From: Octopus vulgaris
Lineage: Eukaryota
Direction of reading: 5' to 3'
DNA length: 64,000 nucleotides
NCBI GenBank assembly: GCA_951406725.2
Contig: OX597839.1
Coordinates: forward strand, 17,174,001 to 17,238,000
Under the pieces are notes generated by a model, which saw only the letters and a list, made by a program, of their open reading frames with translations, searched no databases and was not told the origin of the DNA. The stretch's first letter is position 1. The number at the start of each line of letters is the position of its first letter. The position numbers and the translations under genes are program-made. Positions 12,845-26,433 of this stretch are shown here, one piece after another.

Positions 12845-13235
12845 GGTGTGTGTATATGTGTGTGTGTTTGTTTTAATTTGTTTGTGTATATGTGTCTGGC
12901 TGTGTGTGTGTGTGTGATCTGGGTACGTTTTGTGTAGGTGAACGTCTGTATGTGTGTGTGTGTGTATGAGGTTATGTGTATGTCTGGATGTATTTTGTGA
13001 GCGTGAGCGTGTGTTTATGTGTTTAAGTGTCTGTGTGTATATGTGTGTGTGGTTGTGCAAGTGTGTGTGTGTGTTTGTTTGAATGTGTTTGTGTATATGT
13101 GTCTGGCTGTGTGTGTGTATATGTGTCTGGCTGTGTGTGTGTGTGTGTGTGTGTGATCTGGGTACGTTTTGTGTAGGTGAACGTCTGTATGTTTGTGTGT
13201 GTGTGTGTGTGTGCACGTATATGTGTGTGTGGTTG

Positions 13236-13266
<31 letters not shown>

Positions 13267-15000
13267 ATGCTCTGGGTGCGTTTTGTGAACGTCTGTATAT
13301 GTATGTGTGAGTGTTTGTGTCTGATGTGTGTGCACGTATGGGTGTGTGTGTGGTTATGGTATGTCTGGCTGTGTGTGTGTGTGTGTGTGTGATCTGGGTA
13401 CGTTTTGTGTAGGTGAACGTCTGTATGTTTGTGTGTGTGTGTGTGTGGTCTGAGTGCATTTTGTGTGTGAACGTCTGTGTGTATGTGTGTATGTGTGGGC
13501 GCGTATGGGTGTGTGTGAGTATGTGTATGTCTACCTGTGTAGGAGTGTGCCAGGGTGTATTTTTGTGTGCGTGCGTAAGCGTGTGTGTTTGTGGGTGCCT
13601 AGTGTGTGTGTGTATGTGTGCGTATGAGTGTATATGTGAGTGGTATGTGTGCGCGTATGTGTGGGGTATATGTGTGCTTGTGTTTGAGTGTCTGTGTGTA
13701 TATGTGTATGTGTGTATATGTGTGTGTCTGGCTGGGTGTGTGGTGGTCTGTATGTGTGTGTGTATGTATGTGTCTGTGTGTGTCTGATTGTGTGTGCGCG
13801 CATGGGTGTGTGGGTATGTGTGTGTACTTGTGTAGGTGTGCACCAAGGTGAATTTTGTGTGCGTGAGCATGTCTGTGTTTGTGTGTGTGTGCATGTGTAT
13901 GTATGTGTGCGTGTGTGTGTGTGTGTCTGTGCGTGCGTATGAGTGTGTGCGTGGGGGTATGTATGTGTCTGGCTGTATAAGTATGTGTATGTTCTGGGTG
14001 CATTTTTGTATGTGAACGTCTGTGTGTGTGTGTGTGTGTGTGCGATACGTGGGCGCAGGGGTATGTCTATGTCTGCTTTTACACGTGTGTTTGGATGTTT
14101 TGTGTGTGTGCGTGCGTGTATGCGTTATATGTGTGAATGTATCGGTATGTGAGTCTGATTGTATATGTGTATGAGTGTGTGTCTGGATGTCTTTGAGTGT
14201 ATTTTGTGTGTGTGGGCGTGTGTGTTGGATTGTATGTATGTGTATGTATGTGTGTGTGTGTGTGTCTGGTAATGTGTCTGGAAGTGTGTGTGTGTGTGTG
14301 CGCATGTAGAAGTTTGTGTGTTTATGTGTGAAAGTGTTTTGTGTGTGTATGTAGACGTAGCACTGTGTTTTTGTTCATGTGAGTATGTATGTGTGTGTGT
14401 GCGTGGCTGATAGTGTTTGCGAATGTGTCTCTATGTGTGGATGCGCGTTTGGGTGTGTGCTTTGTGTCTGTATGTTTATGTGAGTGTATGTGTATGTGTA
14501 TGTTTATGTGTATATGTGTATATGTATGTGTATGTTTATGTGTATATGTGTATATGTATGTGCATCTGAACGTGTATGTGTGTATGTTTGTGTGTATATG
14601 TATGTATGTATGTATGTGTGTGTATATGTATGTGTATCTGAACGTGTGTGTGTATGTTTGTATGTGTGTGTGTACGTATGTGTGTACGTATATGTATGTG
14701 TATCTGGCCGTGTCTTTCTCCTCTTCTTTTTTTTCTTCTTTTTCCTTGTTCTTCGTTTTCTCCTCCTCCTCCTCCTCTGTCTGTCTGTCTGTCTTAATCT
14801 TTCTTTCTCTCTTCCTCTCTCCCTCCCTCTCTGTTGAAAATGTGTTTTGTGGGTGCTTGTATCTTTATCTCTGAGTTGTGTGCGTGCATAAGGTGTGTGT
14901 GTGTGTCTGTGTGTGTGTGTCTGTGTGCGCGCGCATGTGTGTGTGTGCGTGTGTGTGTGTGCGTGCATAAGGTGTGTGTGCGCGTGTGCCTGTCCCTTGT
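12845..15000. repeat. ~2.1-kb degenerate (TG)n tract with an embedded higher-order unit
   Basis: Seen directly. Confidence 0.92.
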
Positions 15001-15275
15001 CTGCAAAACAATGCCCGTGGGTGTGCTTAATGCGCACGTGAAAGTGTATTTCTCGGCGTGCAATAGAAGACGCGTTGTTGTCTTTGTATAGAAAAGCATG
15101 TGAGACTGCATGTAGAAGCATGTTTGTCTGTCTGTATTTAATTCTTTCGACATTGTTTGTTTGCCTGGAAAGTGTCAAATCTAAGAAATCTTTTTGTTGA
15201 TCTTTTATCTTTTTAATCTTTCGTTTGTTTCAGTCATTGGACTGCGGCCATGCTGGGGCACCGCCTTGAAGGGTT

Positions 15276-16036
15276 AGGTTCTCAAACTTTTTGGAAAGTT
15301 TGAGAACTTTATGTGGCTATGAGGGGAGCTGGATCTTTTCGGTTTGAACGGCAGTTTTTAAAAATAATTTCCACGTAACTAAACACCTTTTAAACTTCGT
15401 ATACTGGTAGAATGTGTTTATAAAACATCTTTTACTCTTGGCTTTATTGAGAAAATTCTATGGTTTGTAAGATATTTGTTGTTTTTTTTTCTTCAATTTC
15501 TGCAATTTCAACCAATCAGTGACGTCTATTGAGGTGAAAACATTCTGTGCCGTATGAATATGTCCCTCGTTTAAGAAACAGATTGGGTTTATTTACATTT
15601 CTGAAGAAAAAAAGATACCCTTCTCCCACCCCTAACCCTAAAACAGATTGAAATGCAATAGATCGATACTAGGGTCATAATTATGGGTGACAATTTCATA
15701 TGACACCGCTAGAAAAAACTGCCGTTCAAACCGAAAAGATCCGGGGAACTTACCGCTCCCCACATAGCCACATAATACTGTCAGCGCCCCACCCCTATTT
15801 TTGTGTAAAAATAAATATTTTATATTTTACTGATTTATACATACTATGTTATATAATTTGTATACAATACTGTAATAGTATTATAATAAATTCATAGCGT
15901 CCCCCAATACACTGCCTTCTTTCCAACGCCTCCTTTTTCTCTACCGTCCCTCCACACCGCACCCTTAGGCACCAGTGCTCACCTGGACAATCTCAACGCC
16001 CACTAGAGGGCGGTAGCGCCCACTTTGAGAACCTAT
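15276..16036. mobile_element. Degenerate hAT-type element hosting the 15331 MITE
   Basis: taggttctcaaa...tttgagaaccta inverted termini. Confidence 0.55.
15331..15742 (+). mobile_element. Family D MITE
   Basis: Intact TIRs. TSD ggggagct/ggggaact. Confidence 0.92.
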
Positions 16037-16589
16037 TAGATGAACAAATTCACCCAGTACCGATGTGGGTAGTGTTTTTTTTTTAGTTTTGGTATCTATT
16101 CTAGAACCGCCAAGTTACGGTACGGGATGTAAAGAAACTAACACCGGTTGTCAAGGAGTGGTGGGGAACAAACACTAAATCAACTACACACGCTGACGCA
16201 TACACACATGCACACACACGCGCACATATATATATATATATATATATGTATGTCTTTATATACGTGTATTCTTTTATTTTTTTTACTTGTTTCAGGCATT
16301 TGACTGCGGTCATGCTGGAGCAACACCTTAAAATAAAAAAAATAAGCAGCCAGTAAGGCTCTTGGAGCTCCCATATATATATATATATATATATTTATTT
16401 ACGACGGGCTTCTTTCAGTTTTCGTCCGCAAAAGTCCACTCACAAGTCCTCAGTTGGCCTGAAGCTTTAGTAGAAGACACTTGGCCACTTCTGCGCAGTG
16501 GAAACTGAACTCTCGTCCATATGGTTGGGAAGCAAGTTTCTTAACCACGCAGACACGTCTGTACTTACGAAAATTCCTACGACCATCTA

Positions 16590-16620
<31 letters not shown>

Positions 16621-16653
16621 TGTATGTATGTATGTATGTATGTATGCATGTAT

Positions 16654-17082
16654 GGATCTTTTCAGTTTGAACGGCAGTTTTTAAAAATAATTTCCACGTA
16701 ACTAAAAAATTTTAAACTTCGTATACTGGTAGAATGTGTTTATAAAACATCTTTTTCTCTTGGCTTGATTGAGAAAATTCTATAGTTTGTAAGATATTTG
16801 TTGTTTTTTTCTTCTTCAATTTCTGCAATTTCAACCAATCAATGACGTGTATTGAGTTAAAAAGCATTCTGTGCCGTATGAATATGTCCCTCGTTTAAGA
16901 AACAGATTGGGTTTATTTACATTTCTGAAGAAAAAAGATACCCTTCCCCCTAACCCTAACCCTAACTAACCCTAACCCTAAAACAGATTGAAATGCAATA
17001 GATCGATGCTAGGGTCATAATTATGGGTGACAATTTCATATGACACCGCTAGAAAAAACTGCCGTTCAAACCGAAAAGATCC
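16654..17082 (+). mobile_element. Family D MITE
   Basis: TIRs present. TSD gcatgtat/gtatgtat. Confidence 0.92.
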
Positions 17083-17687
17083 GTATGTATTTATGTATGT
17101 ATGAATTTTTGTCTAACTTGTGGATGGAAGAAATTCTGTTTCAAGCATTCTCATGACGTCGTCACATCAAAGGGCTATTCTTGCGTGATGTACGTGACAA
17201 TCAGCGACACAAATTATGAAATAGCTAAGAGTTGTATTGATCCATTTTTCACAGTAAACTTTGACTATCCAGACAAATATTAAACTGAAAATGAAATTTA
17301 AAAAAAAAAAGCTTTTTATTTGGGGTGTTAGGTTGAATTTTTTTTAAGCGGATTCCGAAAAATGTGTGACGTACGTGACATCGCGCAAAATTATTAACTA
17401 TTATTGCTTTGAATTTCTCCTGAGCAGCGTAAAAGACTCCCATCGTGTTTATTTTCATTGGTCTTGAAATTTCCAAGCACACCAATGAGTTTGCTGGAAA
17501 ACAAAGCCTGCCGTCATAAGTTTCATTTTCCGTGGTGTGACGTACGTGACAAAAAATGGATGTGACAAACGGGCTAATAATATTTGCTATATCTTCAAAA
17601 TAGATCTGGGAAAGAATTGCCTCAATATCGATATCTGGTCAGAAATGAACCATTTCTACATATCTTTTACTGCTATATAGTGAGTTT

Positions 17688-18096
17688 GGATCTTTTCGGT
17701 TTTTTCTAGCGGTGTCATATGAAATTGTCACTCATAATTATGACCCTAGAATCGATCTATTACATTTCAATCTCTTTTAGGGTTAGGGTTAGTTAGGGTT
17801 AGGGGGAAGGGTATCTTTTTTTTTTCACAAATGTAAATAAACCCAATCTGTTTCTTAAACGAGGGACATATTCATACGGCACAGAATGCTTTTTAACTCA
17901 ATAGACGTCAGTGATTGGTTGAAATTGCAGAAATTGAAGAAAAAAAACAACAAATATCTTACAAACTATAGAATTTTCTCAATAAAGCCAAGAGAAAAAG
18001 ATGTTTTATAAACACATTCTACCAGTTTACGAAGTTTGAAATTTTTTAGTTACCAAGAAATTATGTTAAAAACTGCCGTTCAAACCGAAAAGATTC
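17688..18096 (-). mobile_element. Family D MITE with a deletion in one TIR
   Basis: Reverse orientation. Perfect TSD gtgagttt at 17680-17687 and 18097-18104. Confidence 0.92.
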
Positions 18097-18491
18097 GTGA
18101 GTTTTTCTGGTTATTCAAAAAAGAATTTCGAAAACCTCTTTTGCATTAGTTTCCGAGAGAATGGTGCCAATGTTTCGGCAGACGATGACGATGGTGTCGA
18201 TAGCGGTGATAGTGGAGGAAGTGGATTTTGTTTTAATGCTTACCCCAGAAAAGGGCTACTCTGGATTCGCCTCTTATTCGATTGCGGCCGTGCTAGAGCC
18301 CTGCTTTATAGAATTTTCGTCGAACACATCAACCTCAGTATATATTTTAAAGTATAGCGTTTATTCCATTGGTCACTTTTCTCGAACTGCTAATTTACGG
18401 GAACAAAAAAAAAACAGCACCAGTTATCAACTGGTGTTGGGGGGAACAATCGCAGACATAAAGGTACACATACATACATACATACATACAT

Positions 18492-18539
<48 letters not shown>

Positions 18540-18899
18540 GTGTGTGTGTGTGTATGTATGTGTATATATATATATGTATATATATATATGTCGGCCTGCT
18601 CGCTTAGCCAGCGGGGTGGTGTCATTCGAAGGCTAAAACAATGCGAACGCATTGTGACCAGCGATGTTAACACATCGATGGTCACAATGCGTTCGCACGT
18701 TTTGATCACGTGACACCATATATATATCTGATGGTCTGGTATACGCATATGTGACCAGCGATGTGTAACTACATCTGATGGTCTGGTCGGTCACGTGATC
18801 ACGTGATATATATATATATGTATGTATATATGTATATATATATATATGTATATATGTATATATATTATATATATATATATGTATATATATATGTATATA

Positions 18900-19017
<118 letters not shown>

Positions 19018-19459
19018 ATATATGTATATAACGGGAAGCTTTATGAAAATAAACAAAAGATGAAGGCAGGTGGAATACAAACAAACAATTGTATTAGTAT
19101 GGCGCTCAAGAATATAAATAAAACAAGTCTTTTACGTTTCGAGCCTACGCTCTTCAACAGAAAGATACACAGAAAAGAAACACGGAGAGAAACAAGGAGA
19201 GAAAAAAATTGCGTGCAGAAGCTAGCGAATCAACATAATTTCGTTTATCTTTTACTTTTGCAGTACATGCAGTACTCGTTTTTGTTAGCTGAGTGGACTG
19301 GAGCAACGTGAAATAAACTATCTTGCTCAAGGACACAACACGCCGCCAGGAATCGAACTTACGATCCGAATACTCTAACCTCTAAGCTGCACGTCTTCTC
19401 TCTCACAAACACGCACACGCGCGCGCACACACACACACAGACGCACACACAAACGCACG

Positions 19460-19490
<31 letters not shown>

Positions 19491-19877
19491 ACACGTTTTT
19501 GTTGTCAGTGTTTGTCACAAACAATCTAATAGAGTAACTTTTGAGCTCCGAAGAGGAAAGTTTGCGGGCTGATTGCCCCATTAATTAATTGATTAATTGA
19601 TTATAAGTACAATCTATTGTGTGATGTGGATACGCTTACGCAAGCTTTCTGAAACATACAGGTGGATAAGATTATGTAAGAATGTAACTCTTTATTCTTT
19701 GCCTGATTACTACATACATACATACATACATACATACATACATAGTACATATATACGTACGTACATACATACATGCATACGTAATACGTTCATACAAACA
19801 TACACACGTACGTACATACATACATACACACATACATACCTGCGTTCATGCATGCATACATAGATACACGACAAATG

Positions 19878-21440
19878 AAACGCACCGCTATGGTGACAAA
19901 ATTTTCACTCTCGTACGCTGATTTCGTGATGGATTTCTGAGAACGTTAATTACACCAGGAAATAGAAAAAAACTTTTGCCAAAAATTTTTAGAAGTTCAT
20001 TATTCAGACATGGAAACGCTTCCTCAATGACTACTTTATTTGGGGGGTTAAATCACATGATAAACTACAGATATTCAATAGCACCCTTCATCCATCCATT
20101 AAATTCACAGCAGAAACCACTCACAGTGATCTGCTGGTCTTAGACATTCGCATAAAATTAAATCCAAAGTAACCACCGATGTAGTTTACAAGAAGACAGG
20201 CACACACTAGTATTTGTACTTTTACTCTTGCCATTCCTCGCACTGCAAACGGAATGTATTCCGTATTGCATTGAAAGACGCATTTGTGCAATAGCGGTTG
20301 ACCCCAAATTACGACAAATTCGACTGAATGAACTTAAACGCTTCCCACAACTCCAGAATTAACACGTAAAATGAATAAACAATGGGATTTTAAAAGCCAT
20401 GAAACTAGACATCGTACAACTGAGAACGCCTAGGGAAAAAGTTGAGGATAATTCTGTTTCATTTGTCAATACACGTGATCCAGGAGTGACCAACATCTAC
20501 AATGCTGTTAAATCAAACCCACCAGTACTTCTTCAAAAACTAAAAATTAGAAATCTGATTGGAGAAATCCTCATAAAGAACAGTAAATGTCGTGGAGGCG
20601 CAATGGTTAAGGCAGCGGACTCGCGGTGTCGATTCCCAGACCGGGCGTTGTGTGTGTTTATTGAGCGAAAACACCTAAAGCTCCACGAGGCTCCGGCAGG
20701 GGGTGGTGGCGACCCCTGTTGTACTCTTTCGCTCCAACTTTCTCTCACTCTTTCTTCCTATTTCTTGTCCCCGACTTCCTACGCAACCGCTGAGCCTGGA
20801 TGCGCATTCAGCCATCCGTCGATGCTCTCGGTGTCGGGGGTTGACCTGCTTTCTCTTCTGTGGGTCTTACGAAGAGCAAAGGACCACGTTTCAGACTTCT
20901 CCCATCTTGCGAGCTCTGGGACGAAGACCGTTCACTCAATATCAACAGCAGCAAATGTCAATCAAAAAATCTTGGGAAACACCTCTGAAGGGCAGAATTC
21001 ACATCAGGATAATTCTGAATTCTCTGAAAAAGTCTGTAGAGATAGTAGATTTGGAATATGCTGCAACAATGTCAAATATTTGGATACTGGTTTTCATATA
21101 AAATTTTAAAATGGATTCTCCTTGCATCATATAAAATTTTAAAATGGATTCTCCTTGCAAATAAATGCAAACGTGGACTGTAAAACACAGAATCTAATAC
21201 AGTGCAAAACGTTCCCCAATTTCAAAGAAAATTATATCAGTGAAACTGGAGACTCCTTTTGTCAACATGCAAGAAATTCATAGACAACATACTAGGTGGA
21301 ATTACGTAAGATTCCACCGCGCAAACATCTAGAAAATGCGGAAACAACAGATTCAAGGTCTTTTCATTCTATAAAAAAAGTTGATTCAAAATACCAGAAG
21401 GAAATGGAAATACATTTTATAGAAATAAAATCTTCACCAA
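19878..21440 (+). mobile_element. Degenerate Penelope-like retroelement (RT plus GIY-YIG remnants)
   Basis: Frameshifted motifs TAMVTKFSLSYADFVM, LHPSIKFTAE...LLVLDI, VYKKTGTHxYLYFYSCH and DCKTQNLIQCKT...NYISETG. Confidence 0.8.
20592..20910 (+). mobile_element. SINE with a family C-type head inserted in the Penelope remnant
   Basis: Head matches 8871-8988; the 3' part is different. Confidence 0.72.
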
Positions 21441-22708
21441 AACTATGTAAAAAGTATGTGTATAAAATATGAGAAATTTTTATGAAAAGATTACTTTTCC
21501 AGATGAACCAAGCCAATTAATTAGTGGATGTTATTAATGATGATGTTCTCGTTACTGTTGCTGAAATTAATGGGAAAATTAAGTCTTAAACAATCGACTC
21601 GCATGGCACACAGATTTAAAAGCCTTCCCAAACAATTTGATGAAATCTATAGCTAAAAGCAACGTTTGTTCCGTCTTATTCTTCCATAAGCAGCCATTTA
21701 ATGACCAAATTGCAACTTTATTTTTTGAATTTTTAAATTTTTTCTCTAATCAAGCTTTTAAGGATCAACTATATCCTTTGTTTAAAAATTCACCACGCAC
21801 GTACGTACACACATGTAAATTCAAAATTACAAGTAACTTTCTCATATAACCAGAACACATGAAAACAAATTGAACTCTTAACTTTTTTCAACACACACAC
21901 ACACACGCACACACACACACACAGACAAAAAAAAAGATGCTTTATGTCAGAATACAATTCATGACGAATCCCTGAAAAGGATGAAAGCACTCAATAAATA
22001 ATATTTATCTGAATTCTGACTACTTCTATTTATATACAAAACCTGTACACCACTACAAACAATACGGACATACATACATACATACATACATACATACATA
22101 CATACACACACACACATACATACACGCACACACACACACATACATACATACACGCACACACACATACATATAATATACATACATGCACACATATACACAT
22201 TGTATATATACATACATATATACATACATACACACACATGTATGTACGTTCGTACGTACATACGTATGCATGTATGTATGTATGAATGTATGTATGTATG
22301 TATGCATGCATGCATGAATGAATGTATGTATGTATGTATGTATGTATGTGTGTGTGTGTATGCATATATATTTGGTTTGACAATATTACACGTGATATAT
22401 GTATTATATTACATATGCATGTGATTTAGGGTGTATCTTTGTATAGGTTTCGGTAAATGTTTATGTCTATATGCATATAAACATACATATCTTTTCATCT
22501 GTTTCTCTCCCTTGTCTTAAAGACGGCGAAATTTGTCACTACCTAATTTTGCGCCGCCTTATTTTTAAAAGTAAATGAAAAGTAAAAATAAAAACCCCGT
22601 CCAAAATCTTATAAAAGAATATATTATAGATAAGAAGTGACATTTATGTACGTAGAATCCTGTGGAGGTTTTTAACATGTCTGGGGTAGCAAAAAGTAAG
22701 CTATAAAC

Positions 22709-23294
22709 GGTGGCTGTGTAGTAAGAAGTTTGCTTCTCGGATCTTTTCGGTTTGAACGGCAGTTTTTAACATAATTTCTAGGTAACTAAAAAATTTTAAA
22801 CTTCATATACTGGTAGAATGTGTTTATAAAACATCTTTTTCTCTTGGCTTTATTGAGAAAATCCTATAGTTTGTAAGATATTTGTTGTTTTTCTTCTTCA
22901 ATTTCTGCAACTTCAACCAATGAATGACGTGTATTGAGGTAAAAAAACAACATTCTGTGCCGTATGAATATGTCCCTCGTTTAAGAAACAGATTGGGTTT
23001 ATTTACATTTGTGAAGAAAAAAAGACAGCCTTCCCTCCACCCCTAACCCTAACCCTAAAACAGATTGAAATGCAATAGATCGATACTAGGGCCATAATTA
23101 TGGGTGACAATTTTATATGACACCGCTAGAAAAAACTGCCGTTCAAACCGAAAGGATCCGGCTTCCCAAACACATGGTTCCGGGTTCACTCCCACTGCAT
23201 GGCATCTTTGGCAAGTGTCTTCTACTGTAGCCTCGGGCAGACCAAAGCCTTATGAGTGGATTTGGTAGACGGAAACTGAAAGAACCCCGTCGTC

Positions 23295-23325
<31 letters not shown>

Positions 23326-23496
23326 CTGTATTTATCCCCACCACCACTGCTTGACAACTGATGTTGGTGTGTTTATGTCCTCGTAACTTAATGGTTCGGC
23401 AAAAGAGACCGATAGAATAAGTACTGGGGTCGATCTATTCGACTAAAAACTCAAGGCGGTGCTCCAGCATGGCTACAGTACAATGACTGAAACAAA

Positions 23497-23497
<1 letters not shown>
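22709..23497 (+). mobile_element. SINE family A interrupted by a MITE
   Basis: Head at 22709-22738; resumes at 23160. Confidence 0.85.
22739..23159 (+). mobile_element. Family D MITE inserted in a SINE A head
   Basis: TIRs present. TSD tgcttctc/ggcttccc. SINE A sequence continues on both sides. Confidence 0.9.
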
Positions 23498-23535
<38 letters not shown>

Positions 23536-23836
23536 GCGGGGTTTATACGGTGTGTGTATGTACGTGAACTGATCAATAAGTACTAACTGTTGTCATAGTA
23601 ACGAAGCTGAAGCACGCAGAGTGAAGCCGCTTGGCACAGATTGACCTTGAACTTTGTTGTGCATGCGCACTAATTTTTACGTCCCATAACTTAGCAGTTC
23701 GGCAAAACAGACCGATAGAATAAGTACTGGAGTTACAAACACTAAGCCCTGGTGTCGATTTGTTCGACTAGAGGCGGTGCTCCAGCATGGCCGCAGTCAA
23801 ATGACTGAAACAAATACTAGGATAAGAGAAAACATA

Positions 23837-24432
23837 CGTAGTCTGATCAATAAGTATCCGGACTGTTGCCATAGTAACGAAGCTAAAACACACAGAGTGA
23901 AGCCGCTGAGCACAGATTGACCATGAACTATGTTGTGCATGCGCACTAAATTTTAACGTTCTAGCTCAATCCCGCTGTTTATAGCAGTGCTTGGAAGGAA
24001 CGTGTGTAGCGTGTGATCATCGCATTGACCATTACAGAGAAAGCCGAGCAGAGAATCTGCATCAAATTTTGTCAAAAGCTTGGCGATACCTGCTCAGAGG
24101 CCCACAGAAAGTTTTCAAAAACTTTTCATCGTTCTCGACACAGTCAAGGAGATCTTGTGCAACTGAAACCCGAGTGTCTTTTTGGTCAGGTGAAAGCATT
24201 TTTGGCACAAACTTGGCACACGTGTATCTCATACCCAAATCTTCTGTGATAATGGACTGAACTGAACCGTAACTAATCTGCACATCCCCTGATAACTCAC
24301 GGATAGTGATTCGACGATTTTCCCTCACAGCTGCAAGCACACCTGCAATATTTTTCTCAGTTCTGCTTTGTTGCGGGTCTTGCAGTACGTTCGTCACGTT
24401 CGTCTGAACCACTCGTACAATTGTGTGCAGCT
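23837..24432 (-). mobile_element. Rearranged mariner derivative (inverted 5' end plus N-terminal HTH region)
   Basis: EQRICIKFCQKLG on +, RRITIRELS...ITEDLGMR...AKFVPKMLS on -. TA precedes the terminus. A further terminal fragment lies at 23563-23680. Confidence 0.85.
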
Positions 24433-24663
24433 CCTCAAAATTCAACCCGGTTCCTATATGCAAAGTTGCTTGAAATAGTAAATGGTTTCCTTTGCTAAAA
24501 GTATCTATTACCTGAAAATGCGCTGCTGAAATTTGCGGTGCGTCTCACATGCATGTACATCTTTTATGCGGTGTATATATGGTGTTTGTGTGTGTATGTA
24601 TGTAAATGCATACACACACACACACATATATTATATATATATATATATCTTTTACTCTTTTAC

Positions 24664-25033
24664 TTGTTTCAGTCATTTGACTGCGGCCATGCTGGAGCAC
24701 CGTCTTTAATCGAGCAACTCGACCCCGGGACTTATTTTTTGTACGCCCGGTACTTATTCTATCGGTATCTTTTGCCGAACCGCTAAGTGACGGGGACATA
24801 AACACACCAGCATCGGTTGTCAAGCGATATTGGATGGGACAAACACACACGCACACACACACATACACATATATATATATATATACACGACGGGCTCCTT
24901 TCAGTTTCCGTCTACCAAATCCACTCACAAGGCTATGGTCGGCCCGAGGCTATAGTAGAAGACACTTGCCCAAGGTGCCACGCAGTAGGACTGAACCCGG
25001 AACCATGTGGTTGGTAAACAAGCTACTTACCAC
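24664..25033 (-). mobile_element. SINE family A
   Basis: Near full-length copy. Confidence 0.88.
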
Positions 25034-25259
25034 GCATGCACATGGGTAAGTGTCCTCTACTATAGTTCTGGGCCAACCAAAGCTTTGTGAATCGATGTGG
25101 AAGACGGAAGATGAAAGAATGCCCGTTGTTAATCTCTCTATATATATATCAATATTTGTGTGTGTGTGAGTCGAGTGGGGTAAACGCAGGTGTGGCCACA
25201 TGGTTAAGAATTAGCTTCCCAACCACATGGATTCAGAGTCACTCCTTTTATATTTTACA

Positions 25260-26062
25260 TGTTCCAGTCATTTGACTGTGGCCATGCTGGGGTAATGCCT
25301 TGAAGGGTTTTAGTCGAACAAATCGACCTTAGGACTTATTTGGGATCTTTTCGGTTTGAACGGCAGTTTTTAACATAATTTCTAGGTAACTAAAAAATTT
25401 TAAACTTCGTATACTGGTAGTATATGTTTATAAATCATCTTTTTCTCTTGGTTTTATTGAGAAAATTCTATAGATTGTAAGATATCTGTTGTTTTTCTTC
25501 TTCAATTTCTGCAATTTCAACCAATCAGTGACGTCCATTGAGGTTATATACATTCTGTGCCGTATGAATATGTCCCTCGTTTAAGAAACAGATTGGTTTT
25601 ATTTACATTTGTGAAGAAAAAAAGATACCCTTCTCCCTACTCCTAACCCTAACCCACCCTAACCGTAAAACAAATTGAAATGCAATAGATCGATACTAGG
25701 GTCATAATTATGGGTGACAATTTCATATGACCGCTAGAAAAAAGTGCCGTTCAAACCGAAAAGATCCCTTATTTGTTGATGCCTAGTTTAGTTTTTGCCG
25801 AACGGCTAGGTTATGATGAGGTAAGCACACTAACACCAGCTGCCAAGCGGCGGTTGGTGACAAACACAGACGCAGAGACACATATACATAGATATATATA
25901 TATATACGACGGGTATATATCTGCAGATCTCAGTTTCCGTCTACAAAATCCTCTCACAAAGTTTTGGTCGGCTCGAGGCTATACTGGAAGACACTTACCC
26001 AAGATGTTACGTAGTGGGACTGAACCCGGAACCAATGGTTGAGAAGCAAGCTTCTTACCAAA
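25260..26062 (-). mobile_element. SINE family A interrupted by a MITE
   Basis: 3' part at 25260-25342; remainder at 25768-26062. Confidence 0.8.
25343..25767 (+). mobile_element. Family D MITE inserted in SINE A
   Basis: Perfect TSD cttatttg. Confidence 0.92.
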
Positions 26063-26203
26063 CAGCATAACACGTGCAAACACCGTGGATATATGTGTAT
26101 GTTTATGGACAAAGGCATAGCACGTGCACAAACCACACACACACACTTTCTTTCTCTCTGTCTGACGCACACACACACACACACACACCGTGATAATAAT
26201 ACT

Positions 26204-26433
26204 TATTTCTTTACTACCCACAAGGAGCTAAACACAGAGAGGACAAACAAGGACAGACAAACGGATCAAGTCAATTATATCGACCCCTGTACGTAACTGG
26301 TACTTATTTAATCGACCCCGAAAGGATGAAAGGCAAAGTCAACCTCGGCGGAATTTGAACTCAGAACGTAGCGGCAGGCGAAATACGGCTACGCATTTCG
26401 CCCGGCGTGCTAACGTTTCAGCCAGCTCGCCGC
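26204..26433 (-). mobile_element. SINE family B, tail type 1
   Basis: Full length. Flanked by cgtgataat(aat)act, a probable TSD. Confidence 0.87.

Noticed and set aside
12830-14305. 491-aa His/Thr-rich ORF
   Set aside because: Translation of a (CA)n microsatellite tract.
20399-21109. 236-aa ORF as a host gene
   Set aside because: Chance read-through of Penelope remnant and inserted SINE sequence.
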